A stretch of DNA of 64,000 bases from a virus. Taxonomy: Duplodnaviria > Heunggongvirae > Uroviricota > Caudoviricetes. The position numbers and the translations under genes are program-made. Location: positions 1-64,000 of the IMG/VR virus record IMGVR_UViG_3300047444_000069. One strand, given 5' to 3'. This document shows positions 8,853 to 18,491 of the stretch, piece after piece; position 1 is the first letter of the stretch, and every line of letters starts with the position of its first letter. A model generated the notes under the pieces. It was not told the origin of the DNA and made no database searches. It was given only the letters and a program-made list of their open reading frames with translations.

Positions 8853-9689
8853 ATGACTATCGAAGCCAAAGTAATCGCTGATTCGTTCTGGGTCAACCAG
8901 AAGACCGGCAAGAAACACCGTATCACCACGTTCCAACTGAAGTATCCCCGACTGATTCATGGCGAGTTCCTAACTCACAGGACGTTTAGCCGCAACGCAT
9001 CGTCTTCGCGTGCGATCCCGGTCATGAAGCTTCTGAAGGACATCTGGAACGACCCCGCTATGCCCGTTCATTGGGGCGAGAATCAGTCGGGGATGCAAGC
9101 CAAAGCCGAACTATCCGGCTGGAAGCGCAAAGCCGCCAAAGCCCTCTGGATCGGTGCAAGCAAGGTTGCCTGTGCGTTCGCATACGGTATGGTCAAGGTA
9201 GGTCTACACAAACAAGTTGCAAACCGAATTTGTGAGCCTTGGCAACACATCAGCGTGATTTGCACGGCCACGGATTGGGACAATTTCTACGAACTGCGCG
9301 AACACCCGGACGCACAGCCCGAGATTCGTGAACTGGCGCAGGCGATGAAGGCCGCACAAGACGCATCTGTGCCGCGAGAACTTGCACCGTGGGACTGGCA
9401 TTTACCGTATGTGTCTGACGCCGAAATGAAGTCGCTACCGCTATTCATTCTCAAGAAGCTGTCTGCTGCACGTTGTGCCCGCGTCTCGTATCTGACGCAC
9501 GATGGACTGATTCCGAACATCGAGAACGACATCAAGCTTCATGACCGTCTGGTTGGTTCGAAGCCGATCCATGCAAGTCCGGTTGAACACCAAGCCCGTC
9601 CGTCGATGGACGACAACTATCACAAGAACTTCTGTGGCTTCATTCAGTATCGCGAAGAAGTAGAAGCCATGAACCTTGAAACCCGATGA
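8853..9689 (+). CDS. thyX: flavin-dependent thymidylate synthase ThyX
   Basis: ThyX signature 'HRTFSRNASSSRAIP' (RHRxxxxxxxS); 278 aa. Confidence 0.8.
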   Translation: MTIEAKVIADSFWVNQKTGKKHRITTFQLKYPRLIHGEFLTHRTFSRNASSSRAIPVMKLLKDIWNDPAMPVHWGENQSGMQAKAELSGWKRKAAKALWIGASKVACAFAYGMVKVGLHKQVANRICEPWQHISVICTATDWDNFYELREHPDAQPEIRELAQAMKAAQDASVPRELAPWDWHLPYVSDAEMKSLPLFILKKLSAARCARVSYLTHDGLIPNIENDIKLHDRLVGSKPIHASPVEHQARPSMDDNYHKNFCGFIQYREEVEAMNLETR

Positions 9690-9952
9690 AGTTCATCCAG
9701 AAGAACGTACCGGTGGTCGAAGCGTGTCAGTTCCGCGATGAACACGCCTTCCATGATTGGGCCAACGAATGGGGATTCGATTTCCAGTATGTCGGCCAAG
9801 ATGACATCCGGTTCCGCGTGATGCAGACGATGGCCGCTGAAGAATGGAAGACGGTTCGGCCCGGTGATTGGGTCATCTACGGCGCATTCGACTTCTACGC
9901 GATGGACGACAAATCGTTCAACGACTATTACAAGCGTCTGGACCTAGAGTAA
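9686..9952 (+). CDS. hypothetical protein
   Basis: 88 aa, ATGA-coupled to thyX. Confidence 0.45.
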   Translation: MKFIQKNVPVVEACQFRDEHAFHDWANEWGFDFQYVGQDDIRFRVMQTMAAEEWKTVRPGDWVIYGAFDFYAMDDKSFNDYYKRLDLE

Positions 9953-9956
9953 ACAC

Positions 9957-10394
9957 ATGGCATACGACCAAAATAAAGAAGTCCTCGCCATCATCCAACA
10001 AAACATTAAAGAGTACAGAATGAATCAAGCAATCATCGCCGCTGGCAACCTGATCACCGAAGTTTCGCACGCTGCATCCCTCTCGGCTGGCTGGTGGCAT
10101 GACCTGAAGACCGGCGAACTGGTCGAACCGAACATCGGTGAGAAGTTGTGTCTGGTCCACAGCGAAATTTCGGAAGCTATGGAAGGCGCACGCAAGAACC
10201 TGATGGACGACAAGCTTCCGCATCGCAAGATGATCGAAGTCGAACTTGCAGACGCCGTGATCAGAATTGGCGACCTGTGTGGCCGTCTGGGTCTGGACCT
10301 CGGTGGCGCTATCGCAGAGAAGCTTGAATTTAATGCTTCAAGGCCGGATCACAAGAAGGAAAACCGTCTGGGCGAGAACGGGAAAAAATTCTGA
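9957..10394 (+). CDS. MazG-like nucleoside triphosphate pyrophosphohydrolase
   Basis: 145 aa; 'HSEISEAMEGARK...EVELADAVIRI' all-alpha NTP-PPase motifs. Confidence 0.7.
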   Translation: MAYDQNKEVLAIIQQNIKEYRMNQAIIAAGNLITEVSHAASLSAGWWHDLKTGELVEPNIGEKLCLVHSEISEAMEGARKNLMDDKLPHRKMIEVELADAVIRIGDLCGRLGLDLGGAIAEKLEFNASRPDHKKENRLGENGKKF

Positions 10395-10426
10395 GTTAAA
10401 TAGTAACCCGAAATAAGACTTACATC

Positions 10427-10816
10427 ATGTTCACACTTTCCGAAATCAAGTTCGTCGTCGTCTCGATAGCACTGGTCAGCGCCATCGGCGGTTCGTTCTT
10501 CTACGGTCAACATACGCAGAAGGAATCGGACCTTGCCGTGGCTGCGAAAGATCAAGTCATCATGCAGACTAAGATCGATGCAGAGACGGCACGGCGCAAT
10601 GACATTTCAAGCAAATTCGAAGACAAGCTTGACAACCTGAAGATCGTCAACACGACCATCACACGGAACGTCAAGACTGAACTTCAGAAACAAATCTATA
10701 CGGACTGCAAACTCCCCGCAACGGGCGTAGCACTGATTAACAACAACGTCGATCTGCTGAATGCTGTACGGCATGGCACGACAGCATCGGCACCTGTAGC
10801 TGCATCAGCACCATAA
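10427..10816 (+). CDS. i-spanin (Rz-like, N-terminal TM + coiled coil)
   Basis: N-terminal TM 'FVVVSIALVSAIGGSFFY'; helical periplasmic part; directly followed by a lipoprotein gene. Confidence 0.6.
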   Translation: MFTLSEIKFVVVSIALVSAIGGSFFYGQHTQKESDLAVAAKDQVIMQTKIDAETARRNDISSKFEDKLDNLKIVNTTITRNVKTELQKQIYTDCKLPATGVALINNNVDLLNAVRHGTTASAPVAASAP

Positions 10817-11091
10817 TGAAAAAATTGATCGCACTTGTTGCGATCTGTGCATCACTGGCTGCGTGCGGGACGACCCCGCCGAAGCCGGTCCTCGCGCCGA
10901 TTGCAACCCCATCTGACCTAACCCGTCAGTGCCCCGATATTCCCTATATCGCCAGTGATGCAAACCTTGGTGACACAGTGACCTACATCACCAATTTCCA
11001 AGTCCAGTATAACGTCTGTGCAGCGCGCAATGACTCCCTTCGTGAAGTGACCAGTCCGCAACCTACTACGTCACCTTCACAGGGAAAGTAA
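10816..11091 (+). CDS. o-spanin (Rz1-like outer-membrane lipoprotein)
   Basis: signal peptide + lipobox 'SLAAC'; Pro-rich; 91 aa; separate, non-embedded (T4 pseT.3/pseT.2-like architecture). Confidence 0.6.
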   Translation: MKKLIALVAICASLAACGTTPPKPVLAPIATPSDLTRQCPDIPYIASDANLGDTVTYITNFQVQYNVCAARNDSLREVTSPQPTTSPSQGK

Positions 11092-12095
11092 TGACCACAA
11101 AGATTCAAGAGAAAACAGACAGTCTGATCACGCAGTATCCAGAAGTCGAAGCCTTCACTAAGAAGCAGCTTTCGATCTTCTGGCTTCCTGATGAAGTCAA
11201 AGTCGAGAAGGACGTTCAAGACGTTCTGACGAACATGATCGTGCCCGAGAAGCATGGCGTCACGACGACCCTGAAGCTGTTCACCAAGTACGAACTGAAG
11301 GCCGGTGCGGATTACTGGATGGGGCGGTTCAAACGTCGATTTCCGCGTCCTGAGTTTCAAGAGATGGCTGCGACGTTCGGTATGTTTGAACTGGCTATCC
11401 ACAAGCGGTTCTACCAGAAGATCAACGAACTGACGTTCCTTCACACGGACGAGTTCTACAACAGCTACACCGAAGACCCAATCCTAAAGGCCCGGATGGA
11501 CTTCATTGATGAAGTCATCTCTGACCCGGCTGATTTGGTATCGCTGGCTGGCTTCTCGATGATCGAAGGCGCGATCCTTTACACATCGTTCGCCTTCCTG
11601 AAGCACTTTCAGCAACAGGGCAAGAACAAGCTGTTGAACGTGGTTCGTGGCATCAACTTCAGTGTTCGCGACGAGAACCTTCACTCGCTGGCTGGTGCAT
11701 GGGTCTTCCAAAAGTTGCTGGACGAACAGAACCCTGATGCAGCATATCGGGCTGTACTAAAAGATCGCATCTTCGCGATGGCCCGCGCGCTCTATGAGCA
11801 TGAGTGCCGCATCGTGGACATGATCTTCGATAAGGGGGCGATCCCCGGCATCACGGCGCACCAGTTGAAGAACTTTGCGATGTCGCGCGTCAACGAAGTC
11901 CTGAAGAATCTGGGCTACGACAAGCTGGAAAAGGTTGAGTACAACCCGATTGCTGAGTGGTTCTACAAGGCGGTGAATAGCTACACGTTCAACGACTTCT
12001 TCAGCGGCATGGGAAGCCAGTATCACCGTTCGTGGGATGAAGAAGCCTTCGTCTGGAAAACAAAAGCACAACGAGAAGCAGAGGCAGTAGCATGA
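11091..12095 (+). CDS. nrdB: ribonucleotide reductase small subunit (NrdB-like)
   Basis: 334 aa; di-iron ligand helices 'EGAILYTSFAFLKHF', 'RDENLHS'. Confidence 0.8.
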   Translation: MTTKIQEKTDSLITQYPEVEAFTKKQLSIFWLPDEVKVEKDVQDVLTNMIVPEKHGVTTTLKLFTKYELKAGADYWMGRFKRRFPRPEFQEMAATFGMFELAIHKRFYQKINELTFLHTDEFYNSYTEDPILKARMDFIDEVISDPADLVSLAGFSMIEGAILYTSFAFLKHFQQQGKNKLLNVVRGINFSVRDENLHSLAGAWVFQKLLDEQNPDAAYRAVLKDRIFAMARALYEHECRIVDMIFDKGAIPGITAHQLKNFAMSRVNEVLKNLGYDKLEKVEYNPIAEWFYKAVNSYTFNDFFSGMGSQYHRSWDEEAFVWKTKAQREAEAVA

Positions 12096-13795
12096 GCGCA
12101 TCAGTCTATGAACAATTGAGTGTCGAACGTAAGGCACTCCAAACAGAAGGTCTGGTCCCCGAGTGGTACACAACCGCTGGTTTCCAGATGTTCAAGGACA
12201 AGTACGAGTATCAGACCAACGGACAATCTGTTCGTGGTCAGTTCAAGCGTATTGCAGCAACCGCCGCTTCCCATCTTCCTCTGAGTATCGCTGAACTTGG
12301 CGAACAGTGGTTCTTCAAGCTTCTCTGGAATGGTTGGCTGTCCGCATCGACGCCTGTTCTGGCGAACACTGGAACGGATCGTGGACTGCCGGTGTCGTGT
12401 TCTGGCGGCAAGATCGGTGATTCGGTCTATGACTTCTATGCGCACAAGCTTGAAGTTGCGATGTTGACGAAGAACGGTTTCGGAACGTCTGGCTATCTAG
12501 GCGGCATCCGTCCGCGTGGTTCGAAGATCAGCACTGGCGGCAAAGCATCGGGTGTCCTCGATGTCTTCACTGGCCTGATCGATGACATGCGCAAGATCGC
12601 ACAAGGCACAGCACGCCGTGGCGCATATGCGGGCTACCTTGAAGCGGATCATGGGGACTTCGATGAAGTGTGTGATTTCATCTACAACAACCCGGACGAT
12701 GCAAACATCGGTTGGGTCATCACTGATGCGTTCGTTGCGCGTCTGGAAGAAGGCGATGTAGATACGCATCGACGCTTCAAGAAGATGCTGAAGCTGAAGA
12801 TGGTGCATGGTAAGGGCTACTTCTTCTTCGTAGACAAGGCAAATCGTCATCGTCCAGAGATGTACAAGAAGCTGGACCTTCGCATCAACAACAGCAACCT
12901 GTGTTCGGAAATCATGCTGTTCAACGATGAAGATCACACGTACACCTGTGTTCTGAGTTCGATGAACGTCGCTAAGTACGACGAGTGGAAAGATACGGAA
13001 GCGGTGTATTGGGCGACCATCTTCCTTGACTGTATCGCGGCTGAATTCATTCAACGGGCCAAGAAGATTCCGGGTCTGGAACGCGCTGTTCGCTTCACCG
13101 AGAAGGGTCGTGCTTTGGGTCTGGGGCAATGTGGTTTCCATACCTACCTGAAGCAGAACATGATCGCTTATGAGTCGTTCGAAGCGCACATGAAGAACCT
13201 CGAAATCGCGAAGCACATCTGGGACAAGTCGCTCGAAGCATCGCAGTTCATGGCTATCGAGATGGGTGAACCGGAATGGTGTAAGGGCTATGGTGTTCGC
13301 AACACGCACCGTATCGCCATCGCGCCTACGAAGTCCACAGCGAACTTGATGGGCGGCGTGTCCGAAGGTATCAACCTCGATCCGGCGAACGTCTACAACG
13401 CGTCTGGTGCGGCTGGTGAGATGGATCGTATTGATCCGGTCTTCTTGGCACTGATGAAGGAACGCGGCCACTTCAACAAGAAGGTCGTTGCCGACATCGC
13501 AGACAAGCAGGGTTCGGTTCAACATCTGACTTGGTTGACTGATGAAGAAAAGGCAGTGTTCCGCACTGGTTTCGAAATCAACCAAAAGACTCACGTTCGG
13601 ATGTGTTCGACGCGTGGCCGGTTCATCGATCAATGGCAGTCGGTCAACCTGATGTTCGCGGCTGATGAAGATGAAGAATGGATTTCCGAAGTCCATCAAG
13701 ACATCTTCCTTGACGAGAACATGCTTGCAAGCTACTACATCTATACGTCCGCTGGCGTTCAAGCGGCAAAAGGTGATTGCGAGGCTTGCCAATAA
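12092..13795 (+). CDS. nrdA: ribonucleotide reductase large subunit (class I NrdA-like, short form without ATP-cone)
   Basis: 567 aa; active site 'SNLCSEIML'; C-terminal redox pair 'CEAC'; ATGA-coupled to nrdB. Confidence 0.8.
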   Translation: MSASVYEQLSVERKALQTEGLVPEWYTTAGFQMFKDKYEYQTNGQSVRGQFKRIAATAASHLPLSIAELGEQWFFKLLWNGWLSASTPVLANTGTDRGLPVSCSGGKIGDSVYDFYAHKLEVAMLTKNGFGTSGYLGGIRPRGSKISTGGKASGVLDVFTGLIDDMRKIAQGTARRGAYAGYLEADHGDFDEVCDFIYNNPDDANIGWVITDAFVARLEEGDVDTHRRFKKMLKLKMVHGKGYFFFVDKANRHRPEMYKKLDLRINNSNLCSEIMLFNDEDHTYTCVLSSMNVAKYDEWKDTEAVYWATIFLDCIAAEFIQRAKKIPGLERAVRFTEKGRALGLGQCGFHTYLKQNMIAYESFEAHMKNLEIAKHIWDKSLEASQFMAIEMGEPEWCKGYGVRNTHRIAIAPTKSTANLMGGVSEGINLDPANVYNASGAAGEMDRIDPVFLALMKERGHFNKKVVADIADKQGSVQHLTWLTDEEKAVFRTGFEINQKTHVRMCSTRGRFIDQWQSVNLMFAADEDEEWISEVHQDIFLDENMLASYYIYTSAGVQAAKGDCEACQ

Positions 13796-14274
13796 TGTTT
13801 GACTCCCAGAAGGTCTTCTGGGTTAAGGCGTCTTTCGCTGAGAAGCGGGACGCCTTTGTTCCTTTCGCTGACCTGATAACCCCACAGTACTCGCATGGCG
13901 AACGTATCCTTCCCTCTGTCCGGTCGGCCATGATCCGCGAACAGATGGTCAAACTGAAGCGAGCATACGACCATGCCGTGATTCGTTCGTTGACTGATCC
14001 GATCTGGCGACAGCTTGACCAAAGTCGGTCATGGTGGACCCTGACCCCGGCTGATGTGAATCGCGAACTTCTTGAAGAACGGGTCCATGATCCGGTCAGT
14101 GTCGTGTCAGAGATGATCGACACCTTCAACGCGGGAAGGGTCGAAGCCCCGATCATCGTCATCAACCGCTTTGAAGGTGACAAGCAGTATCGCCTTGTGT
14201 CCGGGAACCTTCAGTTGATGATCTGTCGGTCATCTCGCATCATTCCCAAGTGTGTTTTTGTTGAACTGGACTGA
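13795..14274 (+). CDS. hypothetical protein
   Basis: 159 aa; start overlaps nrdA stop (TAATG). Confidence 0.5.
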   Translation: MFDSQKVFWVKASFAEKRDAFVPFADLITPQYSHGERILPSVRSAMIREQMVKLKRAYDHAVIRSLTDPIWRQLDQSRSWWTLTPADVNRELLEERVHDPVSVVSEMIDTFNAGRVEAPIIVINRFEGDKQYRLVSGNLQLMICRSSRIIPKCVFVELD

Positions 14275-14289
14275 CAGACGTGCTATAAT
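14261..14289 (+). promoter_or_regulatory. sigma70-like promoter TTGAAC-17-(TGc)TATAAT
   Basis: extended -10; overlaps end of preceding gene. Confidence 0.55.
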
Positions 14290-14322
14290 GCGTCATCTCA
14301 ACTAGAAAGAGTAAACAAACAA

Positions 14323-14838
14323 GTGCGTACCATTTTTCTCGACCTCGATGGGGTCATGGTAGATTTTGATAGCCATTTTGAATCACTTCATGGCCGTACC
14401 CCGAAGGAAGTAGGCGAAGAAAACTTTTGGAAGGTCTTCGACACGAAGCGTGACGGATTCTTCCGTGACTGTCTACCGTTCGAAGGACATCTTCAGTTCC
14501 TTGGTGAAGTTGAAGATGTTGCCGATCATTTCGGCTTCAAGGTCGAAGTCCTAACGGCGCTTCCGCGTCGATCCACGCATCCGACTGCGCACCAAGAGAA
14601 GCAAGACTGGTTGAATATTCACGGAATGAGCCACATTCCCATGAATGTCGGTCCCTATGCCATCGACAAGCAGAAGTGGTGCAAGCCGGGTGACATCCTG
14701 ATCGATGACAAAGACCTGAACATCATCCAGTGGCGCACGAAAGGTGGTCTGGGGATTCACCATATTCCCGGTGACTTTCTGACATCGTATCGCACGCTTC
14801 GGGCCTACGCATCGTCCTGTGACCTCTCGGAAGAATGA
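14323..14838 (+). CDS. HAD-superfamily phosphatase (5'-nucleotidase-like)
   Basis: GTG start; motif I 'FLDLDGVMVD'; 171 aa. Confidence 0.65.
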   Translation: MRTIFLDLDGVMVDFDSHFESLHGRTPKEVGEENFWKVFDTKRDGFFRDCLPFEGHLQFLGEVEDVADHFGFKVEVLTALPRRSTHPTAHQEKQDWLNIHGMSHIPMNVGPYAIDKQKWCKPGDILIDDKDLNIIQWRTKGGLGIHHIPGDFLTSYRTLRAYASSCDLSEE

Positions 14839-15065
14839 GAATCCGCGTCCAGTACAACGATGCCAAGCGGCTGCTGATCATCCATAACGCGGACCAATTG
14901 TTGGCCGTCTATAAGGACATCGATTGGACCACGGCGCACGTCATTCGGCGTGGCCTGTTTGACGCGGAAACCTTGATTAAGCTGCATCCCGAGAAAACGC
15001 TTGTAGATTTTCTCCACGAATTGAATGATCCACCAAAAGATGAAGAATGGAACTGCCCAACATAA
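14835..15065 (+). CDS. hypothetical small protein
   Basis: 76 aa. Confidence 0.4.
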   Translation: MRIRVQYNDAKRLLIIHNADQLLAVYKDIDWTTAHVIRRGLFDAETLIKLHPEKTLVDFLHELNDPPKDEEWNCPT

Positions 15066-15541
15066 TCTTTCTTGATTTCGACGGGGTGATTTGTAATCCC
15101 CGCGCGTGTATTGCAACCCGAGATACGGGCGGGGTATTTTCGTATCTCGATCCGATTGCCTGTCTTCTGGTGAAGCGGCTGTGCGAAGATAATAACGCGA
15201 AGCTGGTTATCTCGTCGTCATGGCGCATCCTGTACGACCGTTTCTCGATTCAAAGCATCCTGAATGCCGCGTGCCCGAAGCTTGGTAGCTTCATGTGGCA
15301 GGGGACCGATTGGTGTACGCCGAATCATAACGGTGGTGATGGCAATTACTTCGGTCGTGGTCGCGAGATTCAGGCATGGATTCGAAACCATTCGTCTGAA
15401 TTCCAACGGTTCGTGATCCTCGATGACGATTCGGACATGGACCCGTACATGGATTCGCTGGTCAAGTCGGACACCTATGACGGTATCGGCTATCACCAGT
15501 GGCGTGCGGCGGATAATATCCTGAGCGGTAAAACAGATTGA
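15047..15541 (+). CDS. HAD-superfamily phosphatase, second copy
   Basis: motif I 'FLDFDGVI'; 164 aa; paralogous to 14323..14838. Confidence 0.65.
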   Translation: MELPNIIFLDFDGVICNPRACIATRDTGGVFSYLDPIACLLVKRLCEDNNAKLVISSSWRILYDRFSIQSILNAACPKLGSFMWQGTDWCTPNHNGGDGNYFGRGREIQAWIRNHSSEFQRFVILDDDSDMDPYMDSLVKSDTYDGIGYHQWRAADNILSGKTD

Positions 15542-15549
15542 AAGAAGAA

Positions 15550-15981
15550 ATGATCTTGGCGCACATGGATTGCGCCGAACGATATGCCCGACTGTCGAAA
15601 GCACGACGCCTGAAAGTTGGTGCGTTGGTGGTTGATGGGGATAAAGTCATCTCCATCGGCTACAACGGTACGGCCCCCGGTGCAGACAACAACTGCGAAA
15701 TCGAACCGGAAAATTGGGACGGCGACATTCGCACGCTGAAGACCAAGCCAGAAGTAATACACGCAGAAGTGAACGCGCTGCGCAAGTTAAACTGGTCGGT
15801 TGATGGTACATCCGATGCATATGGCGCTAACCTGTTCTGTAACTTCGCGTGCTGTCTTCCGTGCGCAAAAGAGATGGTGGATTACGGAATCGGTCGTTTC
15901 TTTTACCGTTATGCCTATCGGGACACTTCTGGGCTGGACTATCTGGAAGAAAACGGCGTAAAAGTCCGACAGATCGTGTAA
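15550..15981 (+). CDS. dCMP deaminase
   Basis: 'HAEVNAL' and 'CCLPCAKEM' zinc-binding motifs of cytidine/dCMP deaminases. Confidence 0.75.
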   Translation: MILAHMDCAERYARLSKARRLKVGALVVDGDKVISIGYNGTAPGADNNCEIEPENWDGDIRTLKTKPEVIHAEVNALRKLNWSVDGTSDAYGANLFCNFACCLPCAKEMVDYGIGRFFYRYAYRDTSGLDYLEENGVKVRQIV

Positions 15982-16025
15982 GTCCTAAATACGTGAGAAT
16001 GAATTAACTATGGAGGATCATTCTC

Positions 16026-16181
16026 ATGCCAACCACGCACTTCGAATGTAATGATTGCGAAGCTGTTTTCGCCGTCAAGCATTCACTTAACAAAGACTAC
16101 TACCGTGTTCTGAATTGTCCGTTCTGCGGGTCGGAGCTAGACAACGAGGAATATGACGTAGACGAGAACATAGATGAATAA
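16026..16181 (+). CDS. small zinc-ribbon protein (51 aa)
   Basis: 'CNDCEA...CPFCGS'; SD GGAGG; not in ORF track (<60 aa); CTAAATA motif + hairpin in leader. Confidence 0.5.
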   Translation: MPTTHFECNDCEAVFAVKHSLNKDYYRVLNCPFCGSELDNEEYDVDENIDE

Positions 16182-16395
16182 AGAAGTAGCAAAGATCGTC
16201 ATTTACTACACTGACGGCACGTATCAAGAAGTCCAAGCAATCGCAGCACCGAAGCCCTATACCGGCATCCGTGGTCCATTCGAAGCACAACCGGCAACGG
16301 AACCGCTACCGAACCCCGATGATTATTACTATCCCGGAAAGATCGGAACATGGCCGCATCCGCCCGCCGACACCGGTATCAAGATCGTAGACTGA
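16174..16395 (+). CDS. hypothetical protein
   Basis: 73 aa; ATGAATAA overlap with upstream stop. Confidence 0.45.
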   Translation: MNKEVAKIVIYYTDGTYQEVQAIAAPKPYTGIRGPFEAQPATEPLPNPDDYYYPGKIGTWPHPPADTGIKIVD

Positions 16396-16401
16396 GCCGC
16401 A

Positions 16402-16441
16402 TAAATACCCATACATTCAAAACGTATGGGTATTTTCATTT
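16402..16441 (+). terminator. rho-independent terminator
   Basis: AAATACCCATAC-loop-GTATGGGTATTT + TCATTTAT. Confidence 0.65.
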
Positions 16442-16843
16442 ATGTGGTTGTATCAAGGCAAAGAACAAACTGAAATTCCGGCTGGCATGGTTGGCTTCGT
16501 GTATCTAATCACTGACCATGTGAATAACAAGAAGTACATCGGTAAGAAGCTGTATCATTTTGCCAAGACCAAACAAGTCAAAGGCGTCAAGAAGAAGTAC
16601 AAGGCCGAATCAGATTGGCGCGAGTATTACGGATCGAATGACGAACTGAAGGCACTGGTCGAACTACACGGTCCCGAGAAGTTTACGCGCGAAATTCTTC
16701 ACCAATGCCCGAACAAGGGGGCTGCGAATTATTGGGAAGCCTATGAGCAATTCGTGCGCCACGTCCTGCTTTCGGACGAATATTACAATGGCTGGATTTC
16801 CGCAAAAATTACCAAAATGCATGTTGCCAAGCTGCGCAAGTAG
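16442..16843 (+). CDS. free-standing GIY-YIG nuclease-domain protein (short, no obvious DNA-binding domain)
   Basis: 'GFVYLITDHVNNKKYIGKK' GIY-YIG; 'REYYGSN' second motif; 133 aa. Confidence 0.65.
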   Translation: MWLYQGKEQTEIPAGMVGFVYLITDHVNNKKYIGKKLYHFAKTKQVKGVKKKYKAESDWREYYGSNDELKALVELHGPEKFTREILHQCPNKGAANYWEAYEQFVRHVLLSDEYYNGWISAKITKMHVAKLRK

Positions 16844-16853
16844 TCTGTAGAAT
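16824..16853 (+). promoter_or_regulatory. candidate promoter TTGCCA-18-TAGAAT
   Basis: 'tctgTAGAAT' resembles -10 of repeated cassette; lies in 3' end of GIY-YIG gene. Confidence 0.35.
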
Positions 16854-16896
16854 TATCCCCGCACCGATCAGGCGGTGTTTACAAAGGGGAACAATC

Positions 16897-17400
16897 ATGC
16901 AGGTAGTGGCTAATGCCGTAGTACCTTTCCAAACCTCTATGGAAGCTGCATTCGCACCGTGGGCCATCGTCGAAAAATGGTTGCGCAAGGCCCGAGAACA
17001 CGACCTTCCTATCTCGATCAATGGCTTGATGGGGATGGAAGAAGTCACCAAGATCGTCAACGGTCCACAACAAGTCCGGGACATCATCAGCGCGTTCCAA
17101 GCAAAGAAAATGGTCACGAAGCACGAACTGACCGAAGAACAGCGTACTGGCGACAAGCGCGACCGCATCGGCTACATGTGGAACCCTGAGTTCCGTGGCG
17201 AACCATATCGGCCCGCCATCAAGCCCAACAAGAAGCCATCCAAGCCCACGACGACCAAACCAAGTGTTGGGGTCGCTCATTCTTCCGAGAAGGCCAAGCA
17301 CGCCGCTCCAAAGGCCGTAGAACTCGTCTTCCAAGGCGTGACGCTGGTAGTCAGCCGAAATCCAGAGAACGGAAACACCCGCATCGTCATCGAAGGGTGA
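16897..17400 (+). CDS. hypothetical protein
   Basis: 167 aa, basic P/K-rich linker. Confidence 0.5.
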   Translation: MQVVANAVVPFQTSMEAAFAPWAIVEKWLRKAREHDLPISINGLMGMEEVTKIVNGPQQVRDIISAFQAKKMVTKHELTEEQRTGDKRDRIGYMWNPEFRGEPYRPAIKPNKKPSKPTTTKPSVGVAHSSEKAKHAAPKAVELVFQGVTLVVSRNPENGNTRIVIEG

Positions 17401-17406
17401 CCCAAA

Positions 17407-17440
17407 AGCCCGACCAGTGATGGTCGGGCTTTTGTTTTTC
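17407..17440 (+). terminator. rho-independent terminator
   Basis: AGCCCGACC-agtgatg-GTCGGGCT + TTTGTTTTT. Confidence 0.75.
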
Positions 17441-17450
17441 GGAGACGATC

Positions 17451-17684
17451 ATGAATCTGTTCCGTATCTCCCTGTTCGGCGGGAGCGAGTTGTTTCATAC
17501 TGAAGATACGCCATTCGAATCGTATGCCGATGCTGAAATCTACGCCGTATCGGAAGCTAAGATTTCTGGTGCATGTTTGTACACCGTGGTTGATTTAACA
17601 AACTTGGGAATTGTTGTTGACAAGGTTCCCGCGTTTGGGTATGATTCATACATCGACAGCAAACACCAAACGAAGAACCTCTAG
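17451..17684 (+). CDS. hypothetical small protein
   Basis: 77 aa. Confidence 0.45.
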   Translation: MNLFRISLFGGSELFHTEDTPFESYADAEIYAVSEAKISGACLYTVVDLTNLGIVVDKVPAFGYDSYIDSKHQTKNL

Positions 17685-17695
17685 GAGAGTAGAAC

Positions 17696-17956
17696 ATGTT
17701 GAGACTTCCCCCGCAAGACAGCGCGATCCGCGAGTGTTTCGATACGGCACATCTGGCTGAACTGTGTGCGCCTGAGAACCGGCTGAAGCTTCCGACCTTC
17801 CGCGAAGCCCTGACGAATGCCAAGGCGTTCTTCTTGGAAAACAAGAGCGTGCGGAACGTCAATTCGGTCACGCTGCGCGCCGATGGCGAACTGTGGCTGA
17901 TCCAAGTGGGACCGCGCGGCGGCTGGAAAGTGTTGTGGAACTTTGGTCAACTGTAG
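17696..17956 (+). CDS. hypothetical small protein
   Basis: 86 aa. Confidence 0.45.
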   Translation: MLRLPPQDSAIRECFDTAHLAELCAPENRLKLPTFREALTNAKAFFLENKSVRNVNSVTLRADGELWLIQVGPRGGWKVLWNFGQL

Positions 17957-17959
17957 TAC

Positions 17960-17988
17960 TTGACATGTTCCCACGTTTGGGGTAATAT
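17960..17988 (+). promoter_or_regulatory. early-type promoter TTGACA-17-TAATAT (spacer CCCACGTTTGGGG)
   Basis: member of repeated cassette, 'CCCACGTTTGG' subtype. Confidence 0.6.
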
Positions 17989-18010
17989 TCATACATCGGA
18001 AAGAGAAGCC

Positions 18011-18253
18011 ATGATTCTGAATAACTCACAAGCCGAAGCAGTCTACAGCGCGATGCGCGTATTGAACAACATCAGTGGCATGATACATGTCGTGATGCCC
18101 GGAATGACGGCTGGTCATACGATCACCGTGTCTCAGGAAGTGGTGTCGCGTAAGGTGGTGATCAACCTTCGTTCGATGATTGAACTCGAACCGATCAGCA
18201 CCGAACAATATAAGGACCAGAACCATTTCATGCGTGCTTACGAACTGGAATAA
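18011..18253 (+). CDS. hypothetical small protein
   Basis: 80 aa; SD GAGAAG upstream of ATG 18011. Confidence 0.5.
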   Translation: MILNNSQAEAVYSAMRVLNNISGMIHVVMPGMTAGHTITVSQEVVSRKVVINLRSMIELEPISTEQYKDQNHFMRAYELE

Positions 18254-18280
18254 AATACAACAAACCACAGCGAGGAAACC

Positions 18281-18478
18281 ATGAGTCTGACCCGTAGCGA
18301 AAGTGAACTGCTGGAAGCCCGAGAGGGTGAACTGAACGACGCCGAACGTGGCGTGATCGATGCGACCTTCGATGCCCTCGAAGAAGCTGCAACGATCCGT
18401 GGTGTGAAGCTGGCCCGCGATGATCGCGTGGCGGCACTGGAAGCTGCGCTGGTCCGATTCCTTCTGGCATCTCGATAA
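18281..18478 (+). CDS. hypothetical small acidic protein
   Basis: 65 aa. Confidence 0.4.
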   Translation: MSLTRSESELLEAREGELNDAERGVIDATFDALEEAATIRGVKLARDDRVAALEAALVRFLLASR

Positions 18479-18491
18479 CAGGGAGTGAACG

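Noticed and set aside
12497-13792. 431-aa minus-strand ORF
   Set aside because: Antisense to nrdA, which has unambiguous catalytic motifs
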